Of a stretch of 18,804 nucleotides of DNA, positions 18,577 to 18,804 are shown one piece after another (the stretch's first letter is position 1; each line of letters opens with the position of its first letter). The translations under genes and the position numbers were made by a program. The notes below the pieces were generated by a model. It searched no databases. It saw only the letters and a list, made by a program, of their open reading frames with translations, and was not told the origin of the DNA. The stretch is from positions 1 to 18,804 of the forward strand of contig CAVPXM010000075.1 of NCBI GenBank assembly GCA_963709405.1. The letters are read 5' to 3'. Source of the DNA: an uncultured Nitrososphaerales archaeon (lineage in GTDB: Archaea; Thermoproteota; Nitrososphaeria; Nitrososphaerales; Nitrososphaeraceae).

Positions 18577-18804
18577 TGGAAATAACAAAAATTTTCATAC
18601 TTCAAAGACGGTCAACAAAAATAGAGGATCTGATCAACTAACAAACAGATCCTATTCCAATTCTTTTTGCAGTATTTTCTAGACTTTTTATAGCCTAGAC
18701 TCTCATTTCACTTCATAATTTTTGTATATCTCCTATATCCTATTCCTTATCCTGTTTGTTTGTTTCTTACCTCTGAAATAATTTGTTGTACTATGCCTTA
18801 TATC

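Noticed and set aside
18310-18588. Minus-strand 92-aa ORF
   Set aside because: Antisense to the OsmC fragment; no recognisable features.
2751-18792. Extra TGTTGTAC(T) matches to the IS481 tip at 2752-2759, 18409-18417 and 18784-18792
   Set aside because: Only 8-9 bp with no internal ATRGGTKACA boxes; the last is too near the window edge to assess.
1-18804. CRISPR array, tRNA/rRNA, integrase/att sites, retron or DGR-type repeats
   Set aside because: I found no regularly spaced repeats, cloverleaf or rRNA-like sequence, recombinase or reverse transcriptase.

Overview
AT-rich accessory region that looks like a soil ammonia-oxidising archaeon (Nitrososphaeraceae-like). This is inferred from archaeal TATA boxes about 25 nt before start codons, PsbP-like and Cys-rich secreted proteins, and an F420-dependent oxidoreductase. 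Two near-identical ~1.03-kb IS481-family elements in inverted orientation (1679-2710, 16181-17214) bracket a ~13.5-kb cargo-like stretch. It holds a gamma-carbonic anhydrase, an MFS gene followed by decayed arsM and arsC, an IS5 remnant, two PsbP-like secreted proteins, a Zn-ribbon gene divergent from terC/alx, an SDR and an F420:NADP oxidoreductase. An RHH-MEDS-like regulator and an OsmC fragment follow the second IS. Many genes carry single-base frameshifts (sequencing error or decay). The best candidate for an undescribed system is a head-to-head pair of intact, paralogous secreted proteins (7932-8816 and 9062-9877). They have a cupredoxin-like core in which the type-1 Cu ligands His-Cys-His-Met appear replaced by His-Asp-Tyr-Met, plus a conserved DEAH motif. 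All homology calls come from motif recognition by eye; no searches were run.
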